A stretch of 64,000 bases of DNA, from positions 32,840-96,839 of the forward strand of contig JAQTMH010000005.1 of the NCBI GenBank assembly GCA_028714495.1, written 5' to 3'. Below the pieces are notes generated by a model. It searched no databases. It was not told the origin of the DNA and saw only the letters and a list, made by a program, of their open reading frames with translations. Shown piece after piece: positions 28,833 through 39,326 of this stretch. Made by a program: the position numbers and the translations under genes. The number at the start of each line of letters is the position of its first letter. The first letter of the stretch is position 1. This DNA comes from Patescibacteria group bacterium (GTDB taxonomy: Bacteria; Patescibacteriota; Patescibacteriia; JAHIZJ01).

Positions 28833-29767
28833 AGAATAATCCACGAATTATTTTCTTTGGAACGCCGGAAATTGCCGTGCCGTTTTTGGTTGCCCTGGTA
28901 AAATCAAAATTCAATATCATCGCGGTTGTCACCCAGCCAGACCGTCCAGCTGGGAGAAATAATGTTTTGACGCCGTCGCCGGTGAAAAGCATCGCCTTAT
29001 CTCACCGCCTGCCGGTTCTTCAGTTTTCCACCCTAAAATCAGTTGAAGTTTTCAATAGCCTCAAATCTCTAAAACCGGATTTGTTCATAGTTATGGCTTT
29101 CGGTTTATTATTTCCCCAAAAAATTCTCGATCTCACTCCCCTAGGTTGTTTGAATATTCATCCATCCCTTTTGCCAAAATATCGCGGAGCCAGTCCGATT
29201 CAGTCGCAGATTTTGTCCGGAGAAAAATTGTCCGGTTTGACCATAATGAAAATGGACGCCGGGCTTGATAGCGGCCCCGTGCTTGAAATCATGGAATTCC
29301 CGCTCGATAATTTTGAGACTTCGATTACTCTGACTCAAAAAATTACTAAACTCGGACCTGATTTTCTTATTGAAACCTTAAAAAATTATTTAGACGGGAA
29401 AATCATAGCTCGGCCTCAAGACAAATCACAGGCTACGATTACTAAAATCATTGAAAAAGCTGACGGTCGAATCGATTGGTCCAAGCCGGTCGAAGAGATC
29501 GAACGTCAAATTAGAGCCTATCAGCCCTGGCCCGGAAGTTATACTTTTTGGGATAATTTGAAAATCGAGATAATAAAAGCCTCGGTCGCCGATATCCCAA
29601 CAACCGAAAAATCAGGCACGGTGATTCAAAAAGACGCTGATGTTTACATAGCAACCGGCAAAAATATTCTGCGCATCGAAGAATTAAAACCAGCCTCGAA
29701 AAAAACCATGGCCGTCGTAGATTTTGTCCGGGGCCATCCTAATTTTATTGGCTCAAGTTTAACTTAA
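28829..29767 (+). CDS. fmt: Methionyl-tRNA formyltransferase
   Basis: FFGTP, TQPDRPAGR, NIHPSLLPKYRGASP, LDSG. Confidence 0.97.
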   Translation: MKNNPRIIFFGTPEIAVPFLVALVKSKFNIIAVVTQPDRPAGRNNVLTPSPVKSIALSHRLPVLQFSTLKSVEVFNSLKSLKPDLFIVMAFGLLFPQKILDLTPLGCLNIHPSLLPKYRGASPIQSQILSGEKLSGLTIMKMDAGLDSGPVLEIMEFPLDNFETSITLTQKITKLGPDFLIETLKNYLDGKIIARPQDKSQATITKIIEKADGRIDWSKPVEEIERQIRAYQPWPGSYTFWDNLKIEIIKASVADIPTTEKSGTVIQKDADVYIATGKNILRIEELKPASKKTMAVVDFVRGHPNFIGSSLT

Positions 29768-31252
29768 TTATCTGCGAAACTTTTCCGTTACTCTAAAGCC
29801 TAGGTACTTCCCCAGCATCAGCCTGGTCTGAGCCTCTGTCGCCGGCAATGAACCAAAGGCAATCATGCAGAACGGAAACAGCAGCCACTGTAAAACCATT
29901 ATCAAAATCTTGGGCGAGCGCATCTTTATCCCTTTGTGCGGCAGAAAATACACGCTTAAGGCGGCGCTCACGAATAATCCAACCATCGCTCCGCCCATCA
30001 GATATTTAAGAACTTGCGGAGCGTTTTGACCGATAATGCTGGTCTGGACCTCGATCGAGCTCAGCCGTAGAGGCAAATAACCCAGCACGAAGATGATGAC
30101 CGGAGCGGTTGCCCAGGAATACATGCCCTCGGTTAAATTCCATAAATATCTGAATTTCGTTAAAAACGGAATCTTTTTATTTTTGGAGAAGTTCCAGATC
30201 AAATAGGGAAAATGCTCCACGCCCCAAGCCCAGCGTCGCTGCTGTTTGTAAAGATTTTCAAAGCCCTTCCAAATATTTTTACCGGCCACGGCATCCATCG
30301 ATATCGGCAAATGCAGTGATTTTACCCGATAATCGCCGTCGTAGTGCAGAAGACCCTGGAGGAAGATTCTCGAATCCTCGGTGACAATGTCATTTTGCCA
30401 GAAACCGACATCGACCAGGGTTTTAAAGCTCATGCTGTGCGAGGAAAATGTGAATAATCTTTCCGGCCGCAGTTGCTCGCTCATCAGCCAAAAAGTTGTG
30501 CTGTTTGAAACTACGCGCATTATCGCCGGTACATTCCAAATATTGTTATTAAACAATGGCACGGGCTGATAGCTATAATGAGTCGGGTTTGGCGTGGTCA
30601 AATAATGATAGGTTACGTAACTGAAATATTGCCGGTGAGCGCAGCTGTCCACGTCAAACGAGGAAACAATGATATTTTCATAAGGAATCCCGATTTCATC
30701 AACTACCTTTTGGGCAATATGGCCGCCCCAGGCCGTGTTTGATCCTTTGCCCGGCACCTCTCCAGGTAAATCTTTCGGATGAAGCGAAACAATAAAACGC
30801 AAGAATTTATCGCTGAATTCTCTTTTTAAAATTTCAGCGTTTTTTAAGGCCTCTTCCCTATCTCGTTCCTCAATACAAAAAACCACTAGGATACGTTCAT
30901 GCGGATAATCAACATCGGCTAGGCTTTGAAAACTCATGCGCAAAACTTCCAGTGGTTCCTTATAAGTAGGCATGAAAATTAAATGATAGATCTTTTCATA
31001 ACCTTTGATATTTTCAATTTTTTGACGCCAGTTTATTTTCGAATCTCTTCGGAAATTCCTAAATGATAAAATGATATAAATTATTAAATAAACGACTCTA
31101 ATCAGCCAGTACAAATCGAAAACCACAATAAAATAAACCGCCCAGAGCGGCTTGATGAATATTAATAAGATGATGCCAATGAATGTCAGCCAGATGGCGC
31201 TGCCGGGAATTATCTCGAGAATCCGATATTTGACGTAATCAGAAAGCCTCAT
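29768..31252 (-). CDS. Membrane-bound family 2 glycosyltransferase
   Basis: PTYKE, GK..N, DVD, TED, QQRRW motifs with flanking TMs. Confidence 0.88.
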   Translation of the reverse strand: MRLSDYVKYRILEIIPGSAIWLTFIGIILLIFIKPLWAVYFIVVFDLYWLIRVVYLIIYIILSFRNFRRDSKINWRQKIENIKGYEKIYHLIFMPTYKEPLEVLRMSFQSLADVDYPHERILVVFCIEERDREEALKNAEILKREFSDKFLRFIVSLHPKDLPGEVPGKGSNTAWGGHIAQKVVDEIGIPYENIIVSSFDVDSCAHRQYFSYVTYHYLTTPNPTHYSYQPVPLFNNNIWNVPAIMRVVSNSTTFWLMSEQLRPERLFTFSSHSMSFKTLVDVGFWQNDIVTEDSRIFLQGLLHYDGDYRVKSLHLPISMDAVAGKNIWKGFENLYKQQRRWAWGVEHFPYLIWNFSKNKKIPFLTKFRYLWNLTEGMYSWATAPVIIFVLGYLPLRLSSIEVQTSIIGQNAPQVLKYLMGGAMVGLFVSAALSVYFLPHKGIKMRSPKILIMVLQWLLFPFCMIAFGSLPATEAQTRLMLGKYLGFRVTEKFRR

Positions 31253-31264
31253 GGAATGTTTGTC

Positions 31265-32491
31265 TTATTCGTATCTTAGGGCTTCGATCGGATTTTTTCG
31301 AGCGGCTTTTGTCGCCGGCGCGATGCCAAAGATAATACCGACCGCGACGGAAAATCCCATCGCAATAATTATCGACTGGACATTCACGATAATGGATAAA
31401 TCGAACTGTTTTTTTACCACGAAACTGACGACGGCCGCTAGACCAACTCCGACTATGCCGCCCAGTAACGATAAGATCACTGATTCCGTCAAAAATTGCG
31501 TTAAGATATGACTGCCTGAAGCGCCGACCGCTTTCCGTAAGCCTATTTCACGCGTTCTTTCCATGACGGCAACCAGCATGATATTCATTATTCCGATACC
31601 GCCGACCAGGAGTGAAATAGAAGCCAGGCCAACGATTGCCTTCGTAATTAAGCCGAGCACGTTATCAACGACCTTTAATAAATCATTCTGAGTAAAAACC
31701 GTCGTATCGTCGGCACCATGGAGCTCTTGAAGCTTAGCCTGTACCTCTTTTGCCACCACCTTAACATCCGCGTTGTCACTCGCCTTTAAACCAATTCGAA
31801 ATATTTGAGTATTTGGATTTATGCTTTTGGCGGTCTTGAAAGGAATGGCAACTAATCCAATGGACGTATTGCCACCGCCCATTAGCGAATTTGTTTGAGC
31901 CGTTTCCACCGTCCCAACAACCGTAAAATCAACCTTACTGATTGTTACCGTCTTGCCCAAAACGTTTACCGCTTCCTCATTCGGGAAAAGCGCTGCGCAA
32001 GCGTCTTTCCCCAATACTACTGTTTTTGCGTATTGATCATTTTCCGACTGGGTAAAGAGACGCCCGGCTGTCAAATTATATGTCTTAGTAAATTCAAAAA
32101 AGCTTGGTTCGATTGCGAGCACCATCGCGCCTTGAGCCTGATTATTGCCAGCTGACGGCACGGCCGTCATGATTCCGATCGGCGTGACTCCTACAATATC
32201 CGGTAATTTCTTCAAGGCCGTTAGGTCGGCCTCTGTTAACGTTGACGCGCCGATCGCCGCGCTGGGATTGAATCCACCCTGGCTGTTTTGAACTTTGCCT
32301 GATATTACAATCAATATATTAGAGCCAAGCTGAGTAATTTCATTCGTAATATCCTGCTTTATCCCCTGCCCTAAACCGATAAGCACGATGATCTGCATGA
32401 CTCCGATAATGATTCCCAGCATAGTTAAAAAAGATCGCATCTTGCTTACTTTTAGACTGACTAGGGCCATTTTGATATTCGAGAATATCAT
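31265..32491 (-). CDS. MacB/FtsX-type ABC permease
   Basis: RSFLTMLGIIIG, GGIGIMNIML..ERTREIGLRKAVGA, PIEALRYE. Confidence 0.93.
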   Translation of the reverse strand: MIFSNIKMALVSLKVSKMRSFLTMLGIIIGVMQIIVLIGLGQGIKQDITNEITQLGSNILIVISGKVQNSQGGFNPSAAIGASTLTEADLTALKKLPDIVGVTPIGIMTAVPSAGNNQAQGAMVLAIEPSFFEFTKTYNLTAGRLFTQSENDQYAKTVVLGKDACAALFPNEEAVNVLGKTVTISKVDFTVVGTVETAQTNSLMGGGNTSIGLVAIPFKTAKSINPNTQIFRIGLKASDNADVKVVAKEVQAKLQELHGADDTTVFTQNDLLKVVDNVLGLITKAIVGLASISLLVGGIGIMNIMLVAVMERTREIGLRKAVGASGSHILTQFLTESVILSLLGGIVGVGLAAVVSFVVKKQFDLSIIVNVQSIIIAMGFSVAVGIIFGIAPATKAARKNPIEALRYE

Positions 32492-33174
32492 GATTTTTGC
32501 CCTCCTTCGGTCAAGACGCCGTCAGCCATGAAAAAATGCCGCTGGGCAAAATCCGCGATATTCTGATCGTGAGTCACCAGCAAGATTGTCCGACCCTGGC
32601 GGTTTAGCTCGGCTAGGGCCTCCATGATTTCGCGGCCTGACTTCGAATCCAGATTTCCAGTCGGCTCGTCCGCCAAAATAATGCTGGGATTGTTCGCCAG
32701 CGCCCGGGCAATTGCCACGCGCTGTTTTTCTCCGCCGGACAGCTTGGTCGGCAAGTAATTGCGACGCTGGGTTAATTTAACCAGGCCAAGCAGTTCGTCA
32801 ACCCTATCCTTTTGTTTATTGGACTGAACGCGGCTATACATCAGCGGCATCTGAACATTTTGGAAAACTGACAATCTGGGCAATAGGTTGAAGGTCTGAA
32901 AAATAAAGCCTATTTCCTTGCGCCGGATAGCTGGCAGACGCGACTTGCCCAGCGAGGTTATCTCGACTCCGTTTAATTGATAACTGCCTGTATCAGCCAC
33001 GTCTAAAATACCGATTATATTGAGCAGGGTTGATTTACCCGATCCTGACGGACCCATGATTGAAATAAACTCGCCGGGTTCAACGCTAAACGACACGTTT
33101 TTCAGGGCCTGAAAGGCTGTTGGCGTGTCTTGATTGTATGATTTATTGATGTTTTCCAGTCTAAGTATTGGCAT
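32488..33174 (-). CDS. ABC transporter ATP-binding protein (LolD/MacB type)
   Basis: GPSGSGKS, LSGGEKQR, ADEPTGNLD. Confidence 0.95.
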   Translation of the reverse strand: MPILRLENINKSYNQDTPTAFQALKNVSFSVEPGEFISIMGPSGSGKSTLLNIIGILDVADTGSYQLNGVEITSLGKSRLPAIRRKEIGFIFQTFNLLPRLSVFQNVQMPLMYSRVQSNKQKDRVDELLGLVKLTQRRNYLPTKLSGGEKQRVAIARALANNPSIILADEPTGNLDSKSGREIMEALAELNRQGRTILLVTHDQNIADFAQRHFFMADGVLTEGGQKS

Positions 33175-33253
33175 AAATATTTGATGTCCCAAGTATCTAG
33201 CTTAGCAAAAAAATAGCCAATCTTCAAGTAAAAGATTTTTTGCCGATTTCGTA

Positions 33254-33670
33254 CTACTGGTCATGAAAATGATATGACTCGTTGAGCCAGCCAATAAGCT
33301 CACGGTCAATTTCTTTTTTACTCTTTATTTCCAGAAAGTAGAGGTAACGATTGGCTGACATGCGCAAGGTCTTCCAGAAACGCCGGCTTTTGAGGGGATT
33401 GGCAACGCGGAAATCAATTCGAATCCGGTCTTTCATGGCCCAGGCCGCGCCAAAGGTATAGCTGCTGACCAAATGAATGCAGCACGGCAAAGATTCAATC
33501 TTCACCGAACCAATGGCCGTTGTAATCCGTTTTTTCAAATGGCCAAAAAGTTCCTTGGCCAGCAGTTTATCTTTAAAGTGCTTGGCCAGCGGATAAATAA
33601 CGCATGAATGCTGCTGGTTTTTCTTGGCGAACTCCCGGTGACACCTGGAACATTGCCACGACTTGGACAT
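33254..33670 (-). CDS. DUF5655-like protein with N-terminal zinc ribbon
   Basis: WQCSRC..F...NQQHSC; C-terminal IDRELIGWLNESY. Confidence 0.7.
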   Translation of the reverse strand: MSKSWQCSRCHREFAKKNQQHSCVIYPLAKHFKDKLLAKELFGHLKKRITTAIGSVKIESLPCCIHLVSSYTFGAAWAMKDRIRIDFRVANPLKSRRFWKTLRMSANRYLYFLEIKSKKEIDRELIGWLNESYHFHDQ

Positions 33671-33759
33671 AGAATATTAATTAGTTATTAATGTTTCTTG
33701 CCTTAATTTATCAATCACATGTCTTTTTAATCATATCTCAGTTTTCCCCTATGGGCAAA

Positions 33760-33995
33760 CCAGCTAAATCAAAAAACCCTTTATGAGAGGGTTCCAATTA
33801 ACTGCTGACGAGCGCCGCGTGCGATCCGATTAGCCGCTCTTTGATTTGGGCTGGACGCTTCCGCGTTACATAACTCTATTCGGCAAAACTGATACTGCTT
33901 GGGTTTTTAGCGCTTAGTGAATTACTTCGCGACACCGCTAATTCGCGCGTGCCTGTATGACTTTCTGAAGTGCGAGAAAACCTGCGAATACTTGA
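33760..33995 (-). ncRNA. Candidate structured non-coding RNA or leader
   Basis: TTGACA-17-TATCAT (34030-34002), no credible ORF, GNRA hairpin ACGC-GGAA-GCGT, terminator AACCCT/AGGGTT-TTTT at 33793-33771. Confidence 0.4.
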
Positions 33996-34041
33996 AAAGG
34001 TATGATAGCATGGATTAGAAAGCGTGTCAAGCGCCGCCCGG

Positions 34042-34530
34042 CTAGCCTGGTTCAAACGCTTCGTCAATGTTGTTTTGAGAATATATATTATGCCAGATTG
34101 TTTCTGGTCGCGAGAAAAAGCCAAGTATCGGAATCAGATATTCGACGTATTGTCGGCAAGATCTTTCGTCTCGCCACTCATAGATACCAGCATAGTTTTT
34201 AGTTTTTTGATCAACCAGCCAGAGCTTAATCCGAAAGCCCGCCAGTCCAGACCAAAAAGGCGTTGTGATGATGCAAATACGCTGAAATAGCCAATGCCAG
34301 ACCTTGTTTGAACCAATCCACTTCAAACGAAATCCTACAACCAAATGGACGGGCTTTTCGTTGCCCGGATTTATCTTTACGGTTTCTCTAAAAACAGAGA
34401 ATTTCCCCGCTGCTCCAAGATTATATGTTTTACCTAATCGATTGCTTCGTAACCGCAATGAAGTTATCCAAAGATATGGAAATCGTAGAAAAGAAGAAAT
34501 CGCAAGCCAGAATCTGTTTGGGGCCGTCAT
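34042..34530 (-). CDS. YdhR/monooxygenase-like protein
   Basis: GFRIKLWL...YAGIYEW motif; ATG 34530 follows the flavodoxin stop. Confidence 0.6.
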   Translation of the reverse strand: MTAPNRFWLAISSFLRFPYLWITSLRLRSNRLGKTYNLGAAGKFSVFRETVKINPGNEKPVHLVVGFRLKWIGSNKVWHWLFQRICIITTPFWSGLAGFRIKLWLVDQKTKNYAGIYEWRDERSCRQYVEYLIPILGFFSRPETIWHNIYSQNNIDEAFEPG

Positions 34531-34534
34531 GTAT

Positions 34535-34969
34535 TCAAACTCTAAGGCATAAACCACTGCCCCACTCTTTCGCTCTCTCGACCTCCCCATCTTTTAACGG
34601 CCCCTCCTTACCCAAAACGATAAAACGCATTTTTCCGACAGCCTTGCAACCGACTTGCGCAAGCTTCTTAGAGATCCTCCCAGCTCCATCTCCCGCGTAC
34701 CACTTTTTCAAACCAGTATCAAAAGCCGCGGTTTTTAAACCGGGTACGTTGGCTGATTTTATTACGTCAAACACTTTCCCAAATCCCGGCGCGTAATTCC
34801 AGGCAATGGTTGGCGATCCCACAAAAGCAAAATCAACGTCTTTAAGCATTTCGGCGGTTAGTTCATCGGCTTTAACAAGACGGGATTCTGGACCGGTTGC
34901 CTCGACAATCGCTTCAGCGATCTTTTTAGTGTTGCCGAAAGTCGACGTATACACAATAAGCTTACTCAT
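34535..34969 (-). CDS. Flavodoxin
   Basis: STFGNTKKIAE, VGSPT, AAFDT. Confidence 0.9.
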   Translation of the reverse strand: MSKLIVYTSTFGNTKKIAEAIVEATGPESRLVKADELTAEMLKDVDFAFVGSPTIAWNYAPGFGKVFDVIKSANVPGLKTAAFDTGLKKWYAGDGAGRISKKLAQVGCKAVGKMRFIVLGKEGPLKDGEVERAKEWGSGLCLRV

Positions 34970-34974
34970 CTCGA

Positions 34975-37602
34975 TTAATCCTTAATAATTATTTTACCCT
35001 TATCGGCATCTATTATAACCTTTTTTCCCGAAGTAATCTTGCCTGAAACCATTTCCAGGGCGAGCGGGTCGAGAATCCTCTGTTGAATTATCCTTTTAAG
35101 CGGACGCGCGCCAAAAGTCGGCTCATAGCCTTCTTGGGCCAGGAGTTTTTTCGCCTGTTCGGTTATCTTGATTATCACCTTTTTCACTTTCAACCGCGCG
35201 ATCACTTTATCCATTTGAAGCTCGACAATCTTTAGAATATGTTCCTGCTTCAAGCTGTGGAATATAATGGTTTCATCGACGCGATTTAGAAATTCGGGCT
35301 TGAAATGGCTTTTCAGCATTTCCTTAATCTTTTGTCGCATCAGGGTTTCCGGATCATCGCCTTTTATCTTATCCGCGAAACCCAGACCTCCCCGGGTAGC
35401 CAAATCGAGAATAACGTCAGAGCCGATGTTCGACGTCATGATGATAACCGTGTTTTTGAAATTAACCACTCGGCCCTTGGCATCAGTCATCCGCCCGTCA
35501 TCCATTATCTGCAGCAGCATATTAAAAACGTCCGGGTGGGCTTTTTCTATTTCATCGAAGAGGATAACTGAGTATGGCCGGCGGCGCACCATTTCCGTCA
35601 GTTGCCCGCCTTCTTCATATCCGACATAGCCTGGCGGCGAACCGATGATTTTCGAGACCGAATGCCGCTCCATGTATTCCGACATATCCAGACGGATCAT
35701 CGCGTCCTCGTCATTGAACATGAATTCAGCCAGCGCCCGCGCCAATTCTGTTTTACCCACGCCGGTCGGACCGAGAAAAATAAATGAGCCGATTGGCCGA
35801 TTCTCTTCTGAAATCCCAGCGCGCGAACGCCTAACCGCGTTAGCCACGGCCATGATCGCCTCTTCCTGTCCGACCACCCGCTTAGCCAGTTCTGTTTCCA
35901 TCCGGGCGAGTTTATGCGACTCGCTTTCAAGCATTTTAGAAACCGGGATTCCAGTCCAGCGCGAAACCACCTCGGCGATATCTTCTTCGCATACCTCCTC
36001 TTTCAATATCGATTCCTGCTTTTGCAATTTTTGCAGTTTAGCCTCGGCTTGCTTCATCTTTTTTTCCAATTCGGGAATCCGGCCGTAGCGTATCTCAGCC
36101 ACGCGATCTAGCTCGCTTTTCCTCTCGGCCATTTCCGACTCGCCGCGGAGTTTTTCAATCATCGATTTTGACTGGCGAATTTCAGCAATTATGCCTCTTT
36201 CCGCCTGCCATTGAATTTCCAGTTTATCGGCGTCCTCCTTTATCGCCGCCCGCTCTTTTTTTAAAAGTTTAAGCCGCTCTTTTGAATCAGTGTCCGTCTC
36301 TTTTGACAAGGCCTTTTTCTCGATATCAAGCTGGAGCAATTTTCGTTTGAGCTTATCCAGCTCCTCCGGCATCGAATCAATTTCCAGACGCAAAGCCGAA
36401 GTCGCTTCATCAATCAAATCAACGGCCTTGTCAGGTAAAAACCTATCAGAGATATAGCGCGCCGACAGCTCGACCGCCGCTACAATAGCCGGATCAGTTA
36501 TTCTGACGCCATGGTGTACCTCGTATTTCTCCTTTAAGCCGCGTAAAATCGCTACCGCGTCTGGTATTGACGGCTCAGCGACATAAACGGGCTGGAAACG
36601 CCTTTCCAGGGCGGCATCGCGTTCTATATGCTTCTGGTACTCTTTCAGCGTTGTAGCGCCAATTGCATGCAAATCACCGCGTGCCAAAGCGGGCTTAAGC
36701 ATGTTAGAGGCGTCAATCGCGCCTTCAGCACCACCGGCTCCCACGATTGTGTGTAATTCGTCTATAAAGAGAATAATTCCGCCCTCAGCGGCTTTTATTT
36801 CCTTAAGCACCGCTTTCAGACGGTCTTCAAACTCACCTCGGAATTTCGATCCCGCCACTAATGAACCCATATCCAGGGCTACCACCTCCTTGTTTTTTAA
36901 TCCTTCTGGCACGTCTCCCGAAACAATCCTTTGGGCCAGGCCTTCGACTATCGCCGTCTTTCCGGTTCCTGGTTCGCCGATCAAAACTGGATTGTTCTTT
37001 GTCCGCCTCGAGAGTACCTGCATCAGCCGGCGGATTTCGTCATTTCGGCCGATTACCGGGTCAAGCTTTTTCAGCCGTGCCAGCTGGGTCAAATTCGTGC
37101 TGTATTTTTCCAGGGCTTGATATTTGCTCTCCGGATCTTGGTCGGTTATTCTCTGCGTGCCCCGAACGTCCTTCAATACTTTTAAAACATTGTCGTGCTC
37201 TATCCCGTTTTTTAGCAATAACTCACCCGCTCGTTTATCCGCCTCAAGAATTGCCATGAACATATGTTCAGTGCCAACATATTCATCTTTTAATTTCTCC
37301 GCTTCTCTGAGCGCCTGGTCAAGAACGTTTTTAAAATCCTGGGTAATAAAAACCTGGGCGATGCCGCCAGATGGCAAGGACACCCTTGGTAATTTGTCGA
37401 TCTCGCCAAAGATATCCGTTTCCAGCTTTCCCGTATCGATGCCGAGTTTGCGCAATATCGGGGGCACGACTCCATCAGCTTGGGAGACCAGCGAAGCCAG
37501 TAAATGGTAGGTGTCTATCTGCTGCTGCTTCTTTTCCGAAGCGATCCGCTCGGCGCGTTGAATCGCCTCCTGAGCTTTTAAAGTAAAGTTATTTGGATTC
37601 AT
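34975..37602 (-). CDS. clpB: Chaperone ClpB
   Basis: Two AAA modules ([16 protein letters not shown]), middle coiled coil, GYVGY. Confidence 0.97.
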   Translation of the reverse strand: MNPNNFTLKAQEAIQRAERIASEKKQQQIDTYHLLASLVSQADGVVPPILRKLGIDTGKLETDIFGEIDKLPRVSLPSGGIAQVFITQDFKNVLDQALREAEKLKDEYVGTEHMFMAILEADKRAGELLLKNGIEHDNVLKVLKDVRGTQRITDQDPESKYQALEKYSTNLTQLARLKKLDPVIGRNDEIRRLMQVLSRRTKNNPVLIGEPGTGKTAIVEGLAQRIVSGDVPEGLKNKEVVALDMGSLVAGSKFRGEFEDRLKAVLKEIKAAEGGIILFIDELHTIVGAGGAEGAIDASNMLKPALARGDLHAIGATTLKEYQKHIERDAALERRFQPVYVAEPSIPDAVAILRGLKEKYEVHHGVRITDPAIVAAVELSARYISDRFLPDKAVDLIDEATSALRLEIDSMPEELDKLKRKLLQLDIEKKALSKETDTDSKERLKLLKKERAAIKEDADKLEIQWQAERGIIAEIRQSKSMIEKLRGESEMAERKSELDRVAEIRYGRIPELEKKMKQAEAKLQKLQKQESILKEEVCEEDIAEVVSRWTGIPVSKMLESESHKLARMETELAKRVVGQEEAIMAVANAVRRSRAGISEENRPIGSFIFLGPTGVGKTELARALAEFMFNDEDAMIRLDMSEYMERHSVSKIIGSPPGYVGYEEGGQLTEMVRRRPYSVILFDEIEKAHPDVFNMLLQIMDDGRMTDAKGRVVNFKNTVIIMTSNIGSDVILDLATRGGLGFADKIKGDDPETLMRQKIKEMLKSHFKPEFLNRVDETIIFHSLKQEHILKIVELQMDKVIARLKVKKVIIKITEQAKKLLAQEGYEPTFGARPLKRIIQQRILDPLALEMVSGKITSGKKVIIDADKGKIIIKD

Positions 37603-37629
37603 TTTATTCTCTTAGATTATGATAATTTC

Positions 37630-37671
37630 ATTGTAAAACCAAAATTAGCACTTGTCAAGTGAGAGTGCTAA
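37630..37671 (-). promoter_or_regulatory. CIRCE (HrcA operator) overlapping the clpB promoter
   Basis: TTAGCACTC-N9-AAGTGCTAA (1 mismatch, 37671-37645) over TTGACA-17-TACAAT. Confidence 0.9.
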
Positions 37672-37692
37672 TCAGCAAAAAGAAAAGGAGGG

Positions 37693-37947
37693 CTATCTTC
37701 TAGCCGCTCCCCGACCCCGATGACCATTGAATACGCCCCTGGCCCGACGCACCGCCGAGCGATACTGGCCTGGCGAAACTCTCGCGCCGCCGCGATTCAG
37801 TCGCCTGCGATCATGCTTGCCTCGCCCAATCACTCTCAGTTGGCCACCTTCTTGAAGAATGAACATCAGCGAACGGTCTTCGACTTGGATCACCACTTGT
37901 CTCGCTTCCCCTTGTCCGTCTCTATCTACGGATTCGATTCTGGCCAT
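37693..37947 (-). CDS. Small basic hypothetical protein (GC-rich orphan)
   Basis: 84 aa, Arg-rich, SD AGGGAGG, upstream TTGACA. Confidence 0.55.
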   Translation of the reverse strand: MARIESVDRDGQGEARQVVIQVEDRSLMFILQEGGQLRVIGRGKHDRRRLNRGGARVSPGQYRSAVRRARGVFNGHRGRGAARR

Positions 37948-38019
37948 GATCCCTCCCTTTGTTAGAAGCCCGGATATCGAATAAAGCAGTTTCTCTCAAA
38001 TATTATTTTATGTCAATAC

Positions 38020-39246
38020 CTATTGCTCGAAACCCCACCGAATCAATTCCTCAACCTCAGCCGCGCTTCGAGACCTGGTGCTTGAACCCAGGATAATGGC
38101 GGTAATTTCCTTATTCTGCTGATTCCTCGCCCGGCTCATCAGGCAATATCCGGCTTCGTCGAGATAACCGGTTTTCCCGCCAATCAGGTACAAATCCGAG
38201 TTAACCAGCAAGTTGGTGTTCTTTATTGTATGAACCCGTCCGGTGTTTTTCATGGTAAAGGTATAGGTCCGGGTAGTGGTAATCTGCGAGAGCGTAAATG
38301 AACGCAGTAACTGGTCTGATAGTTTAATCAAATCGCGAACTGTTGAAGTATTTCCAAGGTCTAAGCCGGTCGGTTCTGTGTATTTTGTATTTGTCATGCC
38401 TAATTCCCGCGCCTTATGGTTCATCTCATCAACAAACTCTTCGGTTGTCAGTCCGGTTGAACGAGCCAGGGCTTTGGCCGTATTATTCGCTGAGCCAACC
38501 AAAGTTGTATACAGCAAATCTTTGACGGTTAAAGTTTCGCCGGCTTGAACGTATAATTTCGCGCCGATAGCGTCGTCTTCGGGTTTCATCTCCACCACTT
38601 TGTCAAAACCCGGATTGTGGTCGAGCCAGACCAGCGCAGTCATCATTTTTGTCAGGCTGGCCATAGGCCTGATCGCGTCAGCATTGCCTTCGAAGAGCAC
38701 CCGGCCGGTTGCTTTATCCACGACAATTCCCGCAACTGAAGTAATTACCGGAGTCTCACTATCATCAGCCAAAACCGCCACTTGGGCAAAAGGAAAGGGC
38801 AAACGCGTTTTTACAGTCTCGGTTTTGGCGTCAAATTTAGCCGGCACTTTATGCCACTGGCCGGTTTGCCGGCTGTAAAAATAAAATTCCGGGTCATTCG
38901 CGGCTGAAGCATCATAGCCAGCCGTTAGGCCAACCGGATTAGTCAATATTTTCGGTTCAGCCACTTTAATATCGTACTGAAATATTTCACTAACCAGTTT
39001 TTTCCCGTCGGGTATTTGAAATTCGTCAGTCGAAAGCCTACGTAAATTCACCCAGGCTGGTTCAGCCAGCGTCTGCGGATATATGCCAACGCGCAAATCC
39101 TGACTATCCAGCGAAACGGTATATCCCTTTTCGATGGTCGGCTGGTCCAGATGCACCCACTGGTCAGTCAAAATTTCGGCTTTAGCCGGGACGATAAAGC
39201 CGATTATCCCGATTGAAATTAAAATGCCAACGCAATATTTCTTCAT
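38020..39246 (-). CDS. D-alanyl-D-alanine carboxy/endopeptidase (S11) with N-terminal extension
   Basis: ASLTK, SAN, KTG; signal peptide. Confidence 0.9.
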   Translation of the reverse strand: MKKYCVGILISIGIIGFIVPAKAEILTDQWVHLDQPTIEKGYTVSLDSQDLRVGIYPQTLAEPAWVNLRRLSTDEFQIPDGKKLVSEIFQYDIKVAEPKILTNPVGLTAGYDASAANDPEFYFYSRQTGQWHKVPAKFDAKTETVKTRLPFPFAQVAVLADDSETPVITSVAGIVVDKATGRVLFEGNADAIRPMASLTKMMTALVWLDHNPGFDKVVEMKPEDDAIGAKLYVQAGETLTVKDLLYTTLVGSANNTAKALARSTGLTTEEFVDEMNHKARELGMTNTKYTEPTGLDLGNTSTVRDLIKLSDQLLRSFTLSQITTTRTYTFTMKNTGRVHTIKNTNLLVNSDLYLIGGKTGYLDEAGYCLMSRARNQQNKEITAIILGSSTRSRSAAEVEELIRWGFEQ

Positions 39247-39326
39247 ATATTTATTTTAACGCTAATTACTAAACAAAACAACCCTTTCTAGATTAGGGTT
39301 GTTTTTGCCGTTGACTTATATATTTT

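Noticed and set aside
33753-33858. c-di-GMP-I riboswitch (GGCAAAC...GACGC on the plus strand)
   Set aside because: No GNRA-capped P2 or following P3, and no plus-strand gene downstream
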